A stretch of 64,000 nt of DNA from Nitrospirota bacterium (GTDB lineage: Bacteria; Nitrospirota; UBA9217), in NCBI GenBank assembly GCA_963796285.1, contig CAWCKW010000003.1:1-64000 (forward strand), given 5' to 3'. The translations under genes were made by a program, and so were the position numbers. This document shows positions 20,776 to 30,844 of the stretch, in pieces; positions within the stretch are counted from its first letter, which is position 1; every line of letters starts with the position of its first letter. A model generated the notes under the pieces. The model had not been told where the DNA came from, searched no databases, and worked only from the letters and a program-made list of their open reading frames with translations.

Positions 20776-21020
20776 GGGTAACGCTCCGGGATTCTGACGT
20801 TCGGAGGCCCCTGCATCCCGTGAACAGTCCCGCGCACAAGCATGCGCAAACAGTCATGACCGATGCCATCACAAAAACAGGCAGACACGGCCGAGCCCGT
20901 TTGAACGGGCAAGGGGAAGTGCTGCGATATTCGAAGATGCTTATTGACGGCACTGGCAATGCATGCCTGCGCGGACTGTGAACCGGGGTGCAGAAAAAAA
21001 AGAAAAACATCGTGCGCTGC
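20776..21020 (+). repeat. diverged single copy of the ~185-nt hairpin repeat
   Basis: Hairpin 20811-20993 plus A-tract, with compensatory changes relative to the array. Confidence 0.85.
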
Positions 21021-21192
21021 CTGCAAGGAGTCGTCTTTGCTGATGATCCCTGACGTTCGGCCGGCTCGCTGCACGCAAACGTGAAATGTTATCCGCTTGT
21101 TATGGAGATGATTCAATTCCTTTAACACAGCGGAATGGGTGGCTAAATCATGTCGTATCAGGATACCGGGTACATGCTTACTTATGGATCGT

Positions 21193-22101
21193 CTACTTGT
21201 GCTTTATGAACGTTCCGTTCCGGTATTCTTCGAACGCGACTTCCAGCTCCTCATCGGTGTTCATCACGATCGGGCCGTACCAGGCTACCGGTTCGTTGAT
21301 GGGCTTGCCTGATACGAGCAGGAAGCGGACCGGCTCGCCCTGGGACGAGACGGTCACCTGATCGCCGTCGCTGAAAAGAACCGCCGTGCCGTTGTGGATG
21401 TATTTGTCCCGCTTCATGTCGAAATAGTTTTCACCCAGGGCATCATAGGCATAGGGGTTCTTCTCATTGCAGAAGACGCCCTTCCCGCCGATCACGTAGG
21501 CGAAGACCGTATGGCCGCGCGGTGTCTTGTGCATGAACTCGGAAAGCGCCGGGAGCGTCACATCGAGATACTCAGGATCGATGACGACGTCCCTGACCGG
21601 GCCCTGTTTTCCCTCCATGGTCCCGGCGATGACCTTGACCTTCGCGCCGTTCTTCATCACGACCTCCGGCACCTGCGCGCTCTTGACATCGCGGTACCGG
21701 GGGTCCATCATCTTGTGGGATTTGGGAAGGTTGGCCCAGAGCTGAAATCCCTCCATGACCCCGTTGTCGTCTCCCTGCGGCATCTCCTGGTGGATGATGC
21801 CGCTCCCCGCCGTCATCCACTGCATGTCTCCCGACGTGATAACGCCCTTGTTGCCCATGCTGTCGCCGTGCTCCACGTCGCCCTTGAGCACGTACGTGAT
21901 CGTCTCGATGCCCCGATGAGGGTGCCAGGGAAAGCCTTTGATGTATTGATACGGATCGGTGTTTCGAAAATCATCGAGCATCAGGAACGGGTCGAACAGC
22001 GGGACCTCGCTGTTTCCGAACACCCGCCTGAGATGGACCCCTGCTCCTTCGAGCGTAGGCCTGCTTTTGAACACTTTCCTGATCTTTCGGTTTTCCGTCA
22101 T
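21193..22101 (-). CDS. pirin-family protein
   Basis: 'GFPWHPHRGIETITY', 'WMTAGSGIIHQE', 'QLWANLP'. Confidence 0.95.
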   Translation of the reverse strand: MTENRKIRKVFKSRPTLEGAGVHLRRVFGNSEVPLFDPFLMLDDFRNTDPYQYIKGFPWHPHRGIETITYVLKGDVEHGDSMGNKGVITSGDMQWMTAGSGIIHQEMPQGDDNGVMEGFQLWANLPKSHKMMDPRYRDVKSAQVPEVVMKNGAKVKVIAGTMEGKQGPVRDVVIDPEYLDVTLPALSEFMHKTPRGHTVFAYVIGGKGVFCNEKNPYAYDALGENYFDMKRDKYIHNGTAVLFSDGDQVTVSSQGEPVRFLLVSGKPINEPVAWYGPIVMNTDEELEVAFEEYRNGTFIKHK

Positions 22102-22191
22102 GGACGTTCCTCCTTAATATTTGTTTATTGTCCTCGAAAGGAGGACAGATGCTTTCTTCACCGATCTTTTCATACGAACGTTATCCAAAGA

Positions 22192-22758
22192 TTATTGCCC
22201 TCCGCCGGACGTGTTGGTTTCAACCCACGCCGCGAACGCATTCATGAACTTTGCCGCGAATTCCCGGGTCGACTCATTGGACAGGTCGCCTCGCTCATCG
22301 AAGAGGTCCCCGGCTTTCCCGATGTATGCCTCCGGCTGTGGCATTGCGGGTACATCGATGAATACCAGAGATTGCCTGAGATGGTGGTTCGCGCCAAATC
22401 CGCCGATGGCGCCGGGCGAGACGCTCACCACCGCGCCCGGTTTTCCAGCCCACGCGTTTTTCCCGTAGGGACGGGACCCCACGTCGATCGCGTTCTTGAG
22501 CACCCCGGGAACAGAGCGGTTGTATTCCGGCGTGACGAACAGGACGCCGTCAACCTTCTTCAAGCTTTCACGGAACCCGGTCCAGGCAGCCGGCGGGTCG
22601 TCTTCAAGGTCCTGATTGTACAGCGGGAGCCCTCCGATCTCGATAATTTCAAGACTGAGAGAGTCGGGCGAAAGTTTCATCAACGCCTTAGCCATTTTAC
22701 GGTTGAATGATCCCTTTCGAAGGCTCCCAACGAGAATGGCTATTTTTTTCTGTGCCAT
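22192..22758 (-). CDS. NADPH-dependent FMN reductase (ChrR-like)
   Basis: 'GSLRKGSFN' and 'TPEYNRSVPGVLKNAID'. Confidence 0.93.
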   Translation of the reverse strand: MAQKKIAILVGSLRKGSFNRKMAKALMKLSPDSLSLEIIEIGGLPLYNQDLEDDPPAAWTGFRESLKKVDGVLFVTPEYNRSVPGVLKNAIDVGSRPYGKNAWAGKPGAVVSVSPGAIGGFGANHHLRQSLVFIDVPAMPQPEAYIGKAGDLFDERGDLSNESTREFAAKFMNAFAAWVETNTSGGGQ

Positions 22759-22854
22759 TGTCTCCCCTCCCTCGTGCGTAGTTCAGCCGATCTGGACCGC
22801 AAGCATCGAGACCGAACCGCTATCAACTTCCTGTATTTGATTTGTCCATTGATC

Positions 22855-23436
22855 TCAATGCACGAGCTTGAACCCGATATCCGTGCCCATTTTGAGCGTG
22901 TAGCCGAGTTGGATATTGAAGTATCCGAGCGTCTCCATCCAGCGCGCGTTCATCAGAGGGCCGGCATCCACGGGATCGAACCCTATCTCCTGCCCGGCGG
23001 CAAGCACCAGTTTCTTTGCCGGTTCGTCGTCCCCGGCGACGAACAGCGTGAGCTTCTCGCCCTTCACCTTGCCGCTGGACATGTTTTGCGCGAAGACGGT
23101 GTTGAACGCCTTGACCACCTTCGCTTTCGGCGCCTTCTTCTGGAGTTCCTCCCCGCCGCTGGTCGTACAGCCGAGGGCAAGCTGGAAACCGGGTGTCAGG
23201 GCGTTGGTCACATCGAGGAGAACCTTTCCATGAACAGCATCGCCCATCACACGCAGCGCATCATCAATAGCGCCAAAAGGAATGGCAAGGACCAGCATCT
23301 CTCCCCAGGCGGCGATCGCACGCACCTCCTTCGGGTCGCTTCCCGCGCCTTTCACTTCGTACCCAACGCCCTCCAGCCCGCGCTTCAGCGCGGTCCCTAC
23401 ATTTCCTTTTCCGATGATCCCGATCTTCGGTCTCAT
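22855..23436 (-). CDS. NADPH-dependent F420 reductase-like oxidoreductase
   Basis: 'IGIIGKGNVG' and 'VVKAFNTV'; AGGAGG before ATG 23436. Confidence 0.88.
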   Translation of the reverse strand: MRPKIGIIGKGNVGTALKRGLEGVGYEVKGAGSDPKEVRAIAAWGEMLVLAIPFGAIDDALRVMGDAVHGKVLLDVTNALTPGFQLALGCTTSGGEELQKKAPKAKVVKAFNTVFAQNMSSGKVKGEKLTLFVAGDDEPAKKLVLAAGQEIGFDPVDAGPLMNARWMETLGYFNIQLGYTLKMGTDIGFKLVH

Positions 23437-23629
23437 ATACGCCTCCTTGATTGCATACTTTTTTATCACAACGGGTTTGAGCGTATCACGCTTGCCTTTA
23501 TAGTATAACAGAACAGCAGGCCATTCATGTTTAGGCCGGATCACTCCAGGGTCAGGAAGGGGCAGGAGTTCAGAGTTCGGAGTAAAAAAGGGGCCTGGAT
23601 AACCAGTCCCCTGTGTCCATTTTCCCAAA

Positions 23630-23657
23630 GAAAAAGCCCCTCATCTTCAAGGGGCTT
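23630..23657. terminator. hairpin matching the tmRNA-downstream terminator repeat
   Basis: AAAAAGCCCCTCATCTTCAAGGGGCTT, also near 51752, 53528 and 54662. Confidence 0.7.
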
Positions 23658-24477
23658 ATGCGTTACTTGGATTTAAATAAAACTCGAGTGGATCTTCCGT
23701 TCGATCGTTCTCTGACTTCAATTTCGCTGCTAAATTTTACGGCTCTTCAGTTTAAATATTAACACCACGTATGCTATGTTGGTAACCGGCATGAGCATGT
23801 CGGCAATAAAGGCCCCGATCGCCCCCGTTCTTTCCAGCGCCAAGAAATAGTTAAAAGAAATAATTAAATAAGGAACAGCAAAAGGGATCATTATCATCCA
23901 TAAACGGGGAAAGAAAGCTGCAACATTCATTGCTGAAGAATCTTGCGATTGGTTCTGTTGAGACCGGCTGTTTCCCCTGTCCGCACTATGATGCATGTCC
24001 TGACTCCTCTCGGCGCAGCAGTAAATATTTCCTCTGTCGGTATAACTATAACTATACATATATTAAATGTCAAGACAATTAAAATTGGTTATATTCAGGG
24101 ATATACGAGCGTCCTTCTATTTGAAAGCGAGTGAATATGTCCCGGCATGTCTCCCGTTATCAGATTAATGCCGGCCCGACTTGTTGCATGGACAAAAATG
24201 ACATAAATCAAAACATTGATAGTTTAACGACCCACACAAAAGTCAGAAGACCCATATTTTTGAATATACCCTTAACCTACGCCGACAATTTATATCTGTC
24301 CATAAATCTTGCCCATGCGTGTGATCAATAAAATGGTTCTATCCTTCCTTGAACATCTTTACTGTTCGACTAATTGTGCGATATGTTTAATTTGCAATAC
24401 TTATAAAATAGGTTATTATAGTTTGTATCCAAACTGGATAAATCTGCGATGCAACGGAGATCGGCTACACCAAAACC

Positions 24478-25527
24478 TTGATGAAGAGAGATGAAAAGAA
24501 AATCGTATCGATCAACGTATCGATCAAACGATCTCTCCTGATGCTTCTGCTTGCCGCCGCCTTTGCGTTCGGTGTATTCGTGGGTGCAGGGATGGGTGTG
24601 TTCACCTCTCCTACAGCGAGCAAGGTCGACGCTGTCCCGGAGATCACGGACGGATCGTTCAGGTTCATCCGTGCCATCGTGGATTCGAATCGCACCGGCA
24701 AAAATCGCACAACCAAAGAACTGAAGCCTTTTCAGTACAAAGTGAATGCATTGGTCGAAAATACGCTAAAAGAAGGCGGTGCTGCTGCTGTCTCGGTTTA
24801 TTTTCGGGACTTGAACCATGGGAATGTATTCGGCATCAGAGATCAGGACAAATTCTCACCCAAGAGCCTGTTAAAGGTCCCGCTCATGATCGCCTATTTC
24901 AAGTGGGCGGAAACGAATCCTCTCATTTTACGAAAAACCCTCAGGAGCCCGGGCACGGGACAAGAAGCAGTGCAGGGACAAAGCGATCAAGTTAAAAAAC
25001 TGGAACCTGGAAAAGCCTACACAATCAACGACCTTATCTTCAGGATGATCGCCCACGACGATGCCGACGCGTACACTCTCTTGTATGCGAACCTGCCGTC
25101 AAACCGCCTTGAGAAAATATTCAATGATCTCTACGTGGAATACGATCCGCTCAAACAGGAAAACTCCTTGTCGTTGAAAGCCTTCGCAGTCTTCTTTCGC
25201 GTCTTATACAACTCCTCCTATCTTACAGAGGAGATGTCGGAAAAAGCGCTTCGTTATCTGTCAAAATCAGCGATCCAGACAGGCATGGTCGCCGGCATCC
25301 CTCCGAATGTCGACATCGTAAGCAAGCGTGGAGAACGAAGAATATCGGTTACTTCAAACGGCAACGAAAAAGAGCTGTCCCAGCTCCACGAATTCGGAAT
25401 AATCTATCATCCGCATCGTCCGTTTCTCCTCGGAATCATGGTGCAGGGCGAGGACCTTGACCAGCTGACCAAAATACTTCGCGACATCACCCGTCTTGTT
25501 TATGAGGAAGTGGATAAGCAATCATAG
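24478..25527 (+). CDS. class A beta-lactamase-like serine hydrolase, membrane-anchored
   Basis: SxxK 'SLLK'; SDN-position 'HDD' and KTG-position 'KRG'; 'HEFGIIY'. Confidence 0.8.
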   Translation: MMKRDEKKIVSINVSIKRSLLMLLLAAAFAFGVFVGAGMGVFTSPTASKVDAVPEITDGSFRFIRAIVDSNRTGKNRTTKELKPFQYKVNALVENTLKEGGAAAVSVYFRDLNHGNVFGIRDQDKFSPKSLLKVPLMIAYFKWAETNPLILRKTLRSPGTGQEAVQGQSDQVKKLEPGKAYTINDLIFRMIAHDDADAYTLLYANLPSNRLEKIFNDLYVEYDPLKQENSLSLKAFAVFFRVLYNSSYLTEEMSEKALRYLSKSAIQTGMVAGIPPNVDIVSKRGERRISVTSNGNEKELSQLHEFGIIYHPHRPFLLGIMVQGEDLDQLTKILRDITRLVYEEVDKQS

Positions 25528-25741
25528 CCCCGCGCATGCGATCGATGATCTTCCGTAGGCAAGCAAATACCCGGTTACGTTCATGGCAGAAATGGTATAC
25601 CACCTTGCAAAGGATGCGGTTTTCAGTAGTGCACACAATGGTTGACCGGCTCAAAGTAATTTGCCTTGACTATTCTGTCGTGAGGCGTTAGCATTCAGCT
25701 TACTCCAGTTTATTTGCGGAATACCGAGTACTATTAAAATA

Positions 25742-26182
25742 ATGATGTTTACCGAACATAAAAAACAATTTTCCAGGCTACTCCTCGTCATTTACTTTCT
25801 TGCCTATTCGATATCTCCGATTACGTATACTCTTTCCGCCAAACAAGTACCTGAACATATCTATGCGACAAATCAAGAATCGTCAAGCATAAAAAGTATT
25901 CATATATTGCTGTGGGAGTTTTTCATAGAAAAACTATCTTCTGTGGAGGAAAACCCGCACGACGATGGGAATGCTTCCATTCTTATAAAGAAAAAACGTG
26001 CCCTCGCACCGGAAGATGCTTCTGATAAATTATCCTTGTTTAAGAATGCGTCAGTGCCGAAAGGCTGCCACAATCCTTTGGCACCGGCAACATACAGTTT
26101 AAACGTCCTACCGGCAAATACCTGTAGTATATACAAAGGTTTCAATCCCTTATACGCTGGCAATTCTCCTCCGCTTGTTTAA
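25742..26182 (+). CDS. hypothetical protein
   Basis: 146-aa ORF with an N-terminal hydrophobic segment, ending 'NSPPLV'. Confidence 0.5.
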   Translation: MMFTEHKKQFSRLLLVIYFLAYSISPITYTLSAKQVPEHIYATNQESSSIKSIHILLWEFFIEKLSSVEENPHDDGNASILIKKKRALAPEDASDKLSLFKNASVPKGCHNPLAPATYSLNVLPANTCSIYKGFNPLYAGNSPPLV

Positions 26183-26352
26183 TCTCTAGTACTATCCAGT
26201 CCACACAACTCATTTTCAAAGACCCATTCCGCCTGTATTTATGAGAAGGCAGATAATGCCGCGAATGACTGCTCGTGCATGGCGTTGTCTTTATGTGCCC
26301 CGACAGAATGGGAACTGTTTTATCACGTCATCATCATAAGGAGAGGTTTCCA

Positions 26353-26913
26353 ATGAGATACAAGGGAATACTGCACTATGGAATAATTTTACTGTTAACC
26401 ACCATCGTTCTCTGGGGTTGTCCTAAAAAATCCGAAATCACGGCTTCGCCCGAGCTCCAAAAGGAGAACGTGACCTCTCCTGCAACCCCTGATGCCGCGG
26501 AGACCGGCATAAACGGTAAATCTGCTTCACCATCCGAATCAATGGATGAGGCAAAAGAACGCGCCATGGCAAACAGAGGAGGTCTGCAGCCAATCTATTT
26601 CGATTTCAACAAAGCCTTCGTACGAGACGACGCAAAATCCGTCTTGAAAAAGAACGCCGAATGGCTCAAATCGAATCCAAAGGCGATGATCAAGATCGAA
26701 GGCAATTGTGACGAGCAAGGCACGGCGGAATACAACCAGGCCCTTGGCCAGCGACGCTCACTCAGCGCAAAGAAATACCTTACCGAAATGGGCATTGCTT
26801 CCCGCCGGATGTCGCTGATCAGTTTTGGCAAGGAAAAGCCGATCTGCACAGAGAGCGCTGAAAGTTGCTGGCAAAAGAACAGGCGGGACGATTTTATCGT
26901 CGTAAATCAATAA
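26353..26913 (+). CDS. pal: peptidoglycan-associated lipoprotein (Pal/OmpA family)
   Basis: Lipobox LWGC, 'IYFDF', 'EGNCDEQGTAEYNQALGQRR', 'KNRR'. Confidence 0.85.
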   Translation: MRYKGILHYGIILLLTTIVLWGCPKKSEITASPELQKENVTSPATPDAAETGINGKSASPSESMDEAKERAMANRGGLQPIYFDFNKAFVRDDAKSVLKKNAEWLKSNPKAMIKIEGNCDEQGTAEYNQALGQRRSLSAKKYLTEMGIASRRMSLISFGKEKPICTESAESCWQKNRRDDFIVVNQ

Positions 26914-26998
26914 AGACTAAAATCAAACTAAGACAGAGGGCGACGAAAATTAAAATAGATACTCCCAATGGCGATGGTTAAAAATATTCGCCGCTCAT

Positions 26999-27532
26999 AT
27001 GCAGGAGGGATTTGAAATGGGAAAAAGGCAGTTGTTGTTCGTTACGTACCGTGATGATAATTTAGCAGAAGGCGTTTCATACGCCATCGATCTGGCAAAA
27101 GCAATGGATGAGGATATCATGTTCCTTTTTGTTCAGAAGCAGTCCAGCCTCATCGGGAAATTAGAGGACCTGATGACCGCCGTGGCTTTTGCCGAAGCAG
27201 GCGAGCACAATACAGCGCGTCAGATCGCGACTGAGGACGCCCGGGACAGGGAGGACGTCTACAATAACGAGCTTGATGCTGTTGTTAAAAAATGCCTCTA
27301 TGAAGGTATTCACGTGAGCGTCCATACGTCGCCTCGTGATACCCTGTCAGGCATAAGAAATTTTTTGAAAGAACACTGGGGCATCGATAAGGTAGTGTTG
27401 AGTCCGGCGATAACCGCGGCAGGGAACATCACTTCAAAGGACATGGGCCGGCTGGTACGTACCATTTCCCGTCCGATCGTGACCATGACGCGGCAGACCT
27501 GTGCAGTTGCATGTGGAATGGAGAATGGATGA
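26999..27532 (+). CDS. hypothetical protein, Usp-like fold
   Basis: 'YAIDLAK' and 'AVAFAEAGEHNTA'; start may be the ATG at 27017. Confidence 0.6.
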   Translation: MQEGFEMGKRQLLFVTYRDDNLAEGVSYAIDLAKAMDEDIMFLFVQKQSSLIGKLEDLMTAVAFAEAGEHNTARQIATEDARDREDVYNNELDAVVKKCLYEGIHVSVHTSPRDTLSGIRNFLKEHWGIDKVVLSPAITAAGNITSKDMGRLVRTISRPIVTMTRQTCAVACGMENG

Positions 27533-27846
27533 AGATTCGGGTGATGGTCCTGTCACTTTGCATGCTGATCTTGGTGAGCCCGGTTTTCGGCGAAGACATG
27601 GCTGAATTAAAAACGCAGAAAGAAAAACAAAGCTATGCGGTCGGAATGAACATGGGCAGAAACCTCAAAGACAAATCAATCGATATTGACTATGCTGTTC
27701 TTATTAAGGGCATCAAGGACGCGTTGTCCGAAGGAAAAACGCTCTTGACCGTGCAAGAAGCCCGTGACATAATAACGGCACTTCAAAAAGATTTGCAAGC
27801 CAAACAAGAGGTAAAAATGAAAACATTGGGAGCATCGTCAAAATAG
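27529..27846 (+). CDS. FKBP-type PPIase N-terminal domain only (truncated)
   Basis: Signal peptide and 'KQSYAVGMNMG...GIKDAL'; no catalytic domain follows. Confidence 0.75.
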   Translation: MKIRVMVLSLCMLILVSPVFGEDMAELKTQKEKQSYAVGMNMGRNLKDKSIDIDYAVLIKGIKDALSEGKTLLTVQEARDIITALQKDLQAKQEVKMKTLGASSK

Positions 27847-28304
27847 GGCAAAGGCAAAGTCATATTCACGCAATAGACGTAGGAGCGTAGCATGGCCCCT
27901 ACGTCTATTTGTATCTCGTGTTTTTCAAAGCGATTATAATATTCATATTCACAGCATATATAGTTTATTTGCTTCTGTTATACTGTTTCTGCTTCACAGG
28001 AGCGGCTTATGATGACGGTGTTTCGAAGTAGGTCCTGAAAGGAGACGTATGAGGAAGGCGAATTGGATAGCGATTTGCATAATTCCCAACAAAGAAGAAA
28101 CAAAAGAAAAATATGTGTGCTGTGCCTGCATCGGAAAGAAATGTACGTTGCTGCTTTCTCTAAATAGTGAAAACCCGCAAGGTTGCAAAGAAGAGGCCGA
28201 CGCGGAAATTGTCAATTCAGATTCTCAAAACGAACTCGCTAATGTCTAAAACGAAATTTGCCTTGGCAAATTTCGCCCCGATAAAAACGGGCCAATAAAC
28301 AAGG

Positions 28305-29630
28305 TTGGTAGATCAGGACAGCGATCTATTGAAAGACATTGATGAACCCTTCTCCACAAGATGCGTGAATACGCTTATGTCCCCTATTACGAATAAATTC
28401 ATCAATATCTCGATAGGTCTCTTCGGCAGTCAGGCGATCCGCGCGCTTTCTAAAAACAAGACGCGGAGCGCGTTGTCGGCAATAGGGATAACCATCGGCA
28501 TCGCCGCGGTAGTTTGCGTGGTGGCCATCGGCACGGCAGGTTCACAGCGTGCCGAGCAGCAGCTCCAAAACCTGGGGGATAATCTGATATGGATCGAGGC
28601 TGGTTCCCGCAATGTGAACGGGGTACGGTCCGGCAGCCACGGCATGACTTCCCTTACCATGGAAGATGCCGAGGCAATTCTCCATGAAGTTCCGTTCATT
28701 AAAAGTGTTTCTCCGAACGTGGACGGAAGTCTGCTCATTGCCTCCGGGAAGCTCAATTGGACGACGCATTACCGCGGCGTCACCCCTGAATTCCTGGAAA
28801 TCAGGCGCTGGGGATTGACGGAGGGAGAACCATTCACGAGTGAAGACGTGGATCATGTGGCAAATCTGGTTATCATCGGGCAGACCGTGCGTCAGCAGCT
28901 CTTCGGAGTCGAGGCGGCGGTTGGACGCGAAGCACGAATCAATAAACAGATATACCGGGTGATCGGTGTGCTGGCGCCGAAAGGCCAGTCCGCTACCGGA
29001 CAAGATCAGGACGACACCATCTTAATGCCCTACACTACAGTACAGAAGAGGCTGCGGGGCAAGGGTTTCTCGTGGCTGGACGACATTATGTGTTCGGCTG
29101 AGTCCCTGGACGCTGTTAAACCCGCTGTTGACCGGATCAATGAACTTCTGCGCGAGCGACATCACATCCGAACGGGAAGTGATAGCGATTTTAACATCCG
29201 TCGTCCGGAAGATGTAATCAAGGCCCAGATCGCAGCAAACAGAACACTCTCGCTATTTCTCATCAGTGTCGCCTCCATCTCTCTTCTGGTCGGCGGGATC
29301 GGGATCATGAACGTGATGCTTGTATCCGTTACTGAGCGAACCCGGGAAATTGGTTTGCGCATGGCGGTCGGGGCTAAGACATCTGCCATCCAACTGCAGT
29401 TTCTCGGTGAAGCCGTCATATTGAGTCTCTTCGGCGGTCTCTCGGGAGTATTTGTGGGTGTGATCGGCTCTTTTATTATGGGGTACACATTGGGCTGGCC
29501 CATGTCCATCCCTCCGGAATCTCTTATAATCGCTCCAATATTCGCCATTGGGGTCGGCATCTTCTTCGGATTTTATCCGGCATGGAGGGCCACACAGCTG
29601 GACCCGATCGCCGCCCTGCGTCGTGAGTGA
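28305..29630 (+). CDS. MacB-like ABC transporter permease (start uncertain)
   Basis: 'SLLVGGIGIMNVMLVSVTERTREIGLRMAVGA' and 'LDPIAALRRE'. Confidence 0.92.
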   Translation: MVDQDSDLLKDIDEPFSTRCVNTLMSPITNKFINISIGLFGSQAIRALSKNKTRSALSAIGITIGIAAVVCVVAIGTAGSQRAEQQLQNLGDNLIWIEAGSRNVNGVRSGSHGMTSLTMEDAEAILHEVPFIKSVSPNVDGSLLIASGKLNWTTHYRGVTPEFLEIRRWGLTEGEPFTSEDVDHVANLVIIGQTVRQQLFGVEAAVGREARINKQIYRVIGVLAPKGQSATGQDQDDTILMPYTTVQKRLRGKGFSWLDDIMCSAESLDAVKPAVDRINELLRERHHIRTGSDSDFNIRRPEDVIKAQIAANRTLSLFLISVASISLLVGGIGIMNVMLVSVTERTREIGLRMAVGAKTSAIQLQFLGEAVILSLFGGLSGVFVGVIGSFIMGYTLGWPMSIPPESLIIAPIFAIGVGIFFGFYPAWRATQLDPIAALRRE

Positions 29631-29797
29631 TAAATCCTTTGTCGCCTCACAGTGAACTTTGGCATTCGTAACATGAAATAGATTTCTGATGATCACAGCA
29701 GAAGCAGCTTTTAGGGCAAGAGTGGAAGTTTCATTCTGCAATTGCCTATTTAATGTCTATCAAAATGTCATCCGCATAGGCGGTATACGGAGAATTA

Positions 29798-30547
29798 ATG
29801 AATAAGATTGCGAAAGTCACTCTCTTCTTTTGGATAATGAAGATCTGTGCAACGACTCTCGGTGAAACAGCAGGAGATCTCCTTTCGATGACGATGAACC
29901 TCGGTTACGCCGTTAGTTCCATCATTCTGATCAGCTTGTTCCTGATTTCTGTTGTTGCCCAGCTCAAGTCGGCTAAGTTTCATCCGTTACTTTATTGGAC
30001 TGTGATCCTTACGACAAGTACGGCTGGAACAACGATGTCAGATTTTATGGATCGAACCCTGGGGCTTGGTTATGCGAAAGGCTCACTAATCTTGATCATG
30101 TGCTTGCTAGCGGTGCTGGCATCTTGGCGTATTAGTGAAAAGACATTATCCGTTAGCAACATTCGAACGACCAAAGTGGAGCTTTTCTATTGGACGGCCA
30201 TATTGTTTTCGAACACATTGGGGACAGCCTTGGGAGACTTCCTGGCCGATAGCTCCGGCCTGGGCTTTTTGGGAGGGGCCGCTCTCATCGGGGGCCTGCT
30301 CGGGTTACTCATTCTTGCTGCCACCTTTACGCGGCTTAATCGAGTCATGTTGTTCTGGATAGCTTTCGTTTTGACTCGCCCGTTTGGTGCAACCTTCGGA
30401 GACCTTCTTACAAAACCCGTCGTCAAGGGTGGACTCAATTTTGGCACGGTTGGGTCTTCCCTCCTCCTCGCTTTCATGTTCGCAACATTCGTCATATATA
30501 CGAGCGCAATGGAGAAGCGTGCAGTGAGTCAAGATGTAATCGAGTGA
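29798..30547 (+). CDS. COG4705/DUF347 membrane protein
   Basis: 'FWIMKICATTLGETAGD' and 'LTRPFGATFGD'. Confidence 0.88.
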   Translation: MNKIAKVTLFFWIMKICATTLGETAGDLLSMTMNLGYAVSSIILISLFLISVVAQLKSAKFHPLLYWTVILTTSTAGTTMSDFMDRTLGLGYAKGSLILIMCLLAVLASWRISEKTLSVSNIRTTKVELFYWTAILFSNTLGTALGDFLADSSGLGFLGGAALIGGLLGLLILAATFTRLNRVMLFWIAFVLTRPFGATFGDLLTKPVVKGGLNFGTVGSSLLLAFMFATFVIYTSAMEKRAVSQDVIE

Positions 30548-30844
30548 ACGTTGTGCAGATGGGAAGGATAGAGGCGTTCTGATGTCCTATCAGTTTTAGA
30601 GCAGGATTACCGGGTTATCATTTAGTGAGCTTTGAAACAAAGCATACTTATGGAATAGTGTGCGCCCTCCCTGCTTCGCTCAAACGCGCACTGGGCCACA
30701 CATCGTCTCAAAGCGCACTAGGCCAGGACACCAAGAGACTGCCACAATGACAGAAGCGATTAATCCCGAAAAGATCGAGAACACTAAGGATTGCCTTTCC
30801 GTGAAGCCTAGCCGCTTTTAACCGTTCCACATAGACAGTAAGAT

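Noticed and set aside
23730-24059. 109-aa ORF with a hydrophobic C-terminus
   Set aside because: No RBS or family motif was recognised; it may be a remnant, so it was left uncalled.
28252-28275. Perfect palindrome CGAAATTTGCC-TT-GGCAAATTTCG
   Set aside because: It could be an operator or hairpin, but it is a single instance with no regulator to assign.
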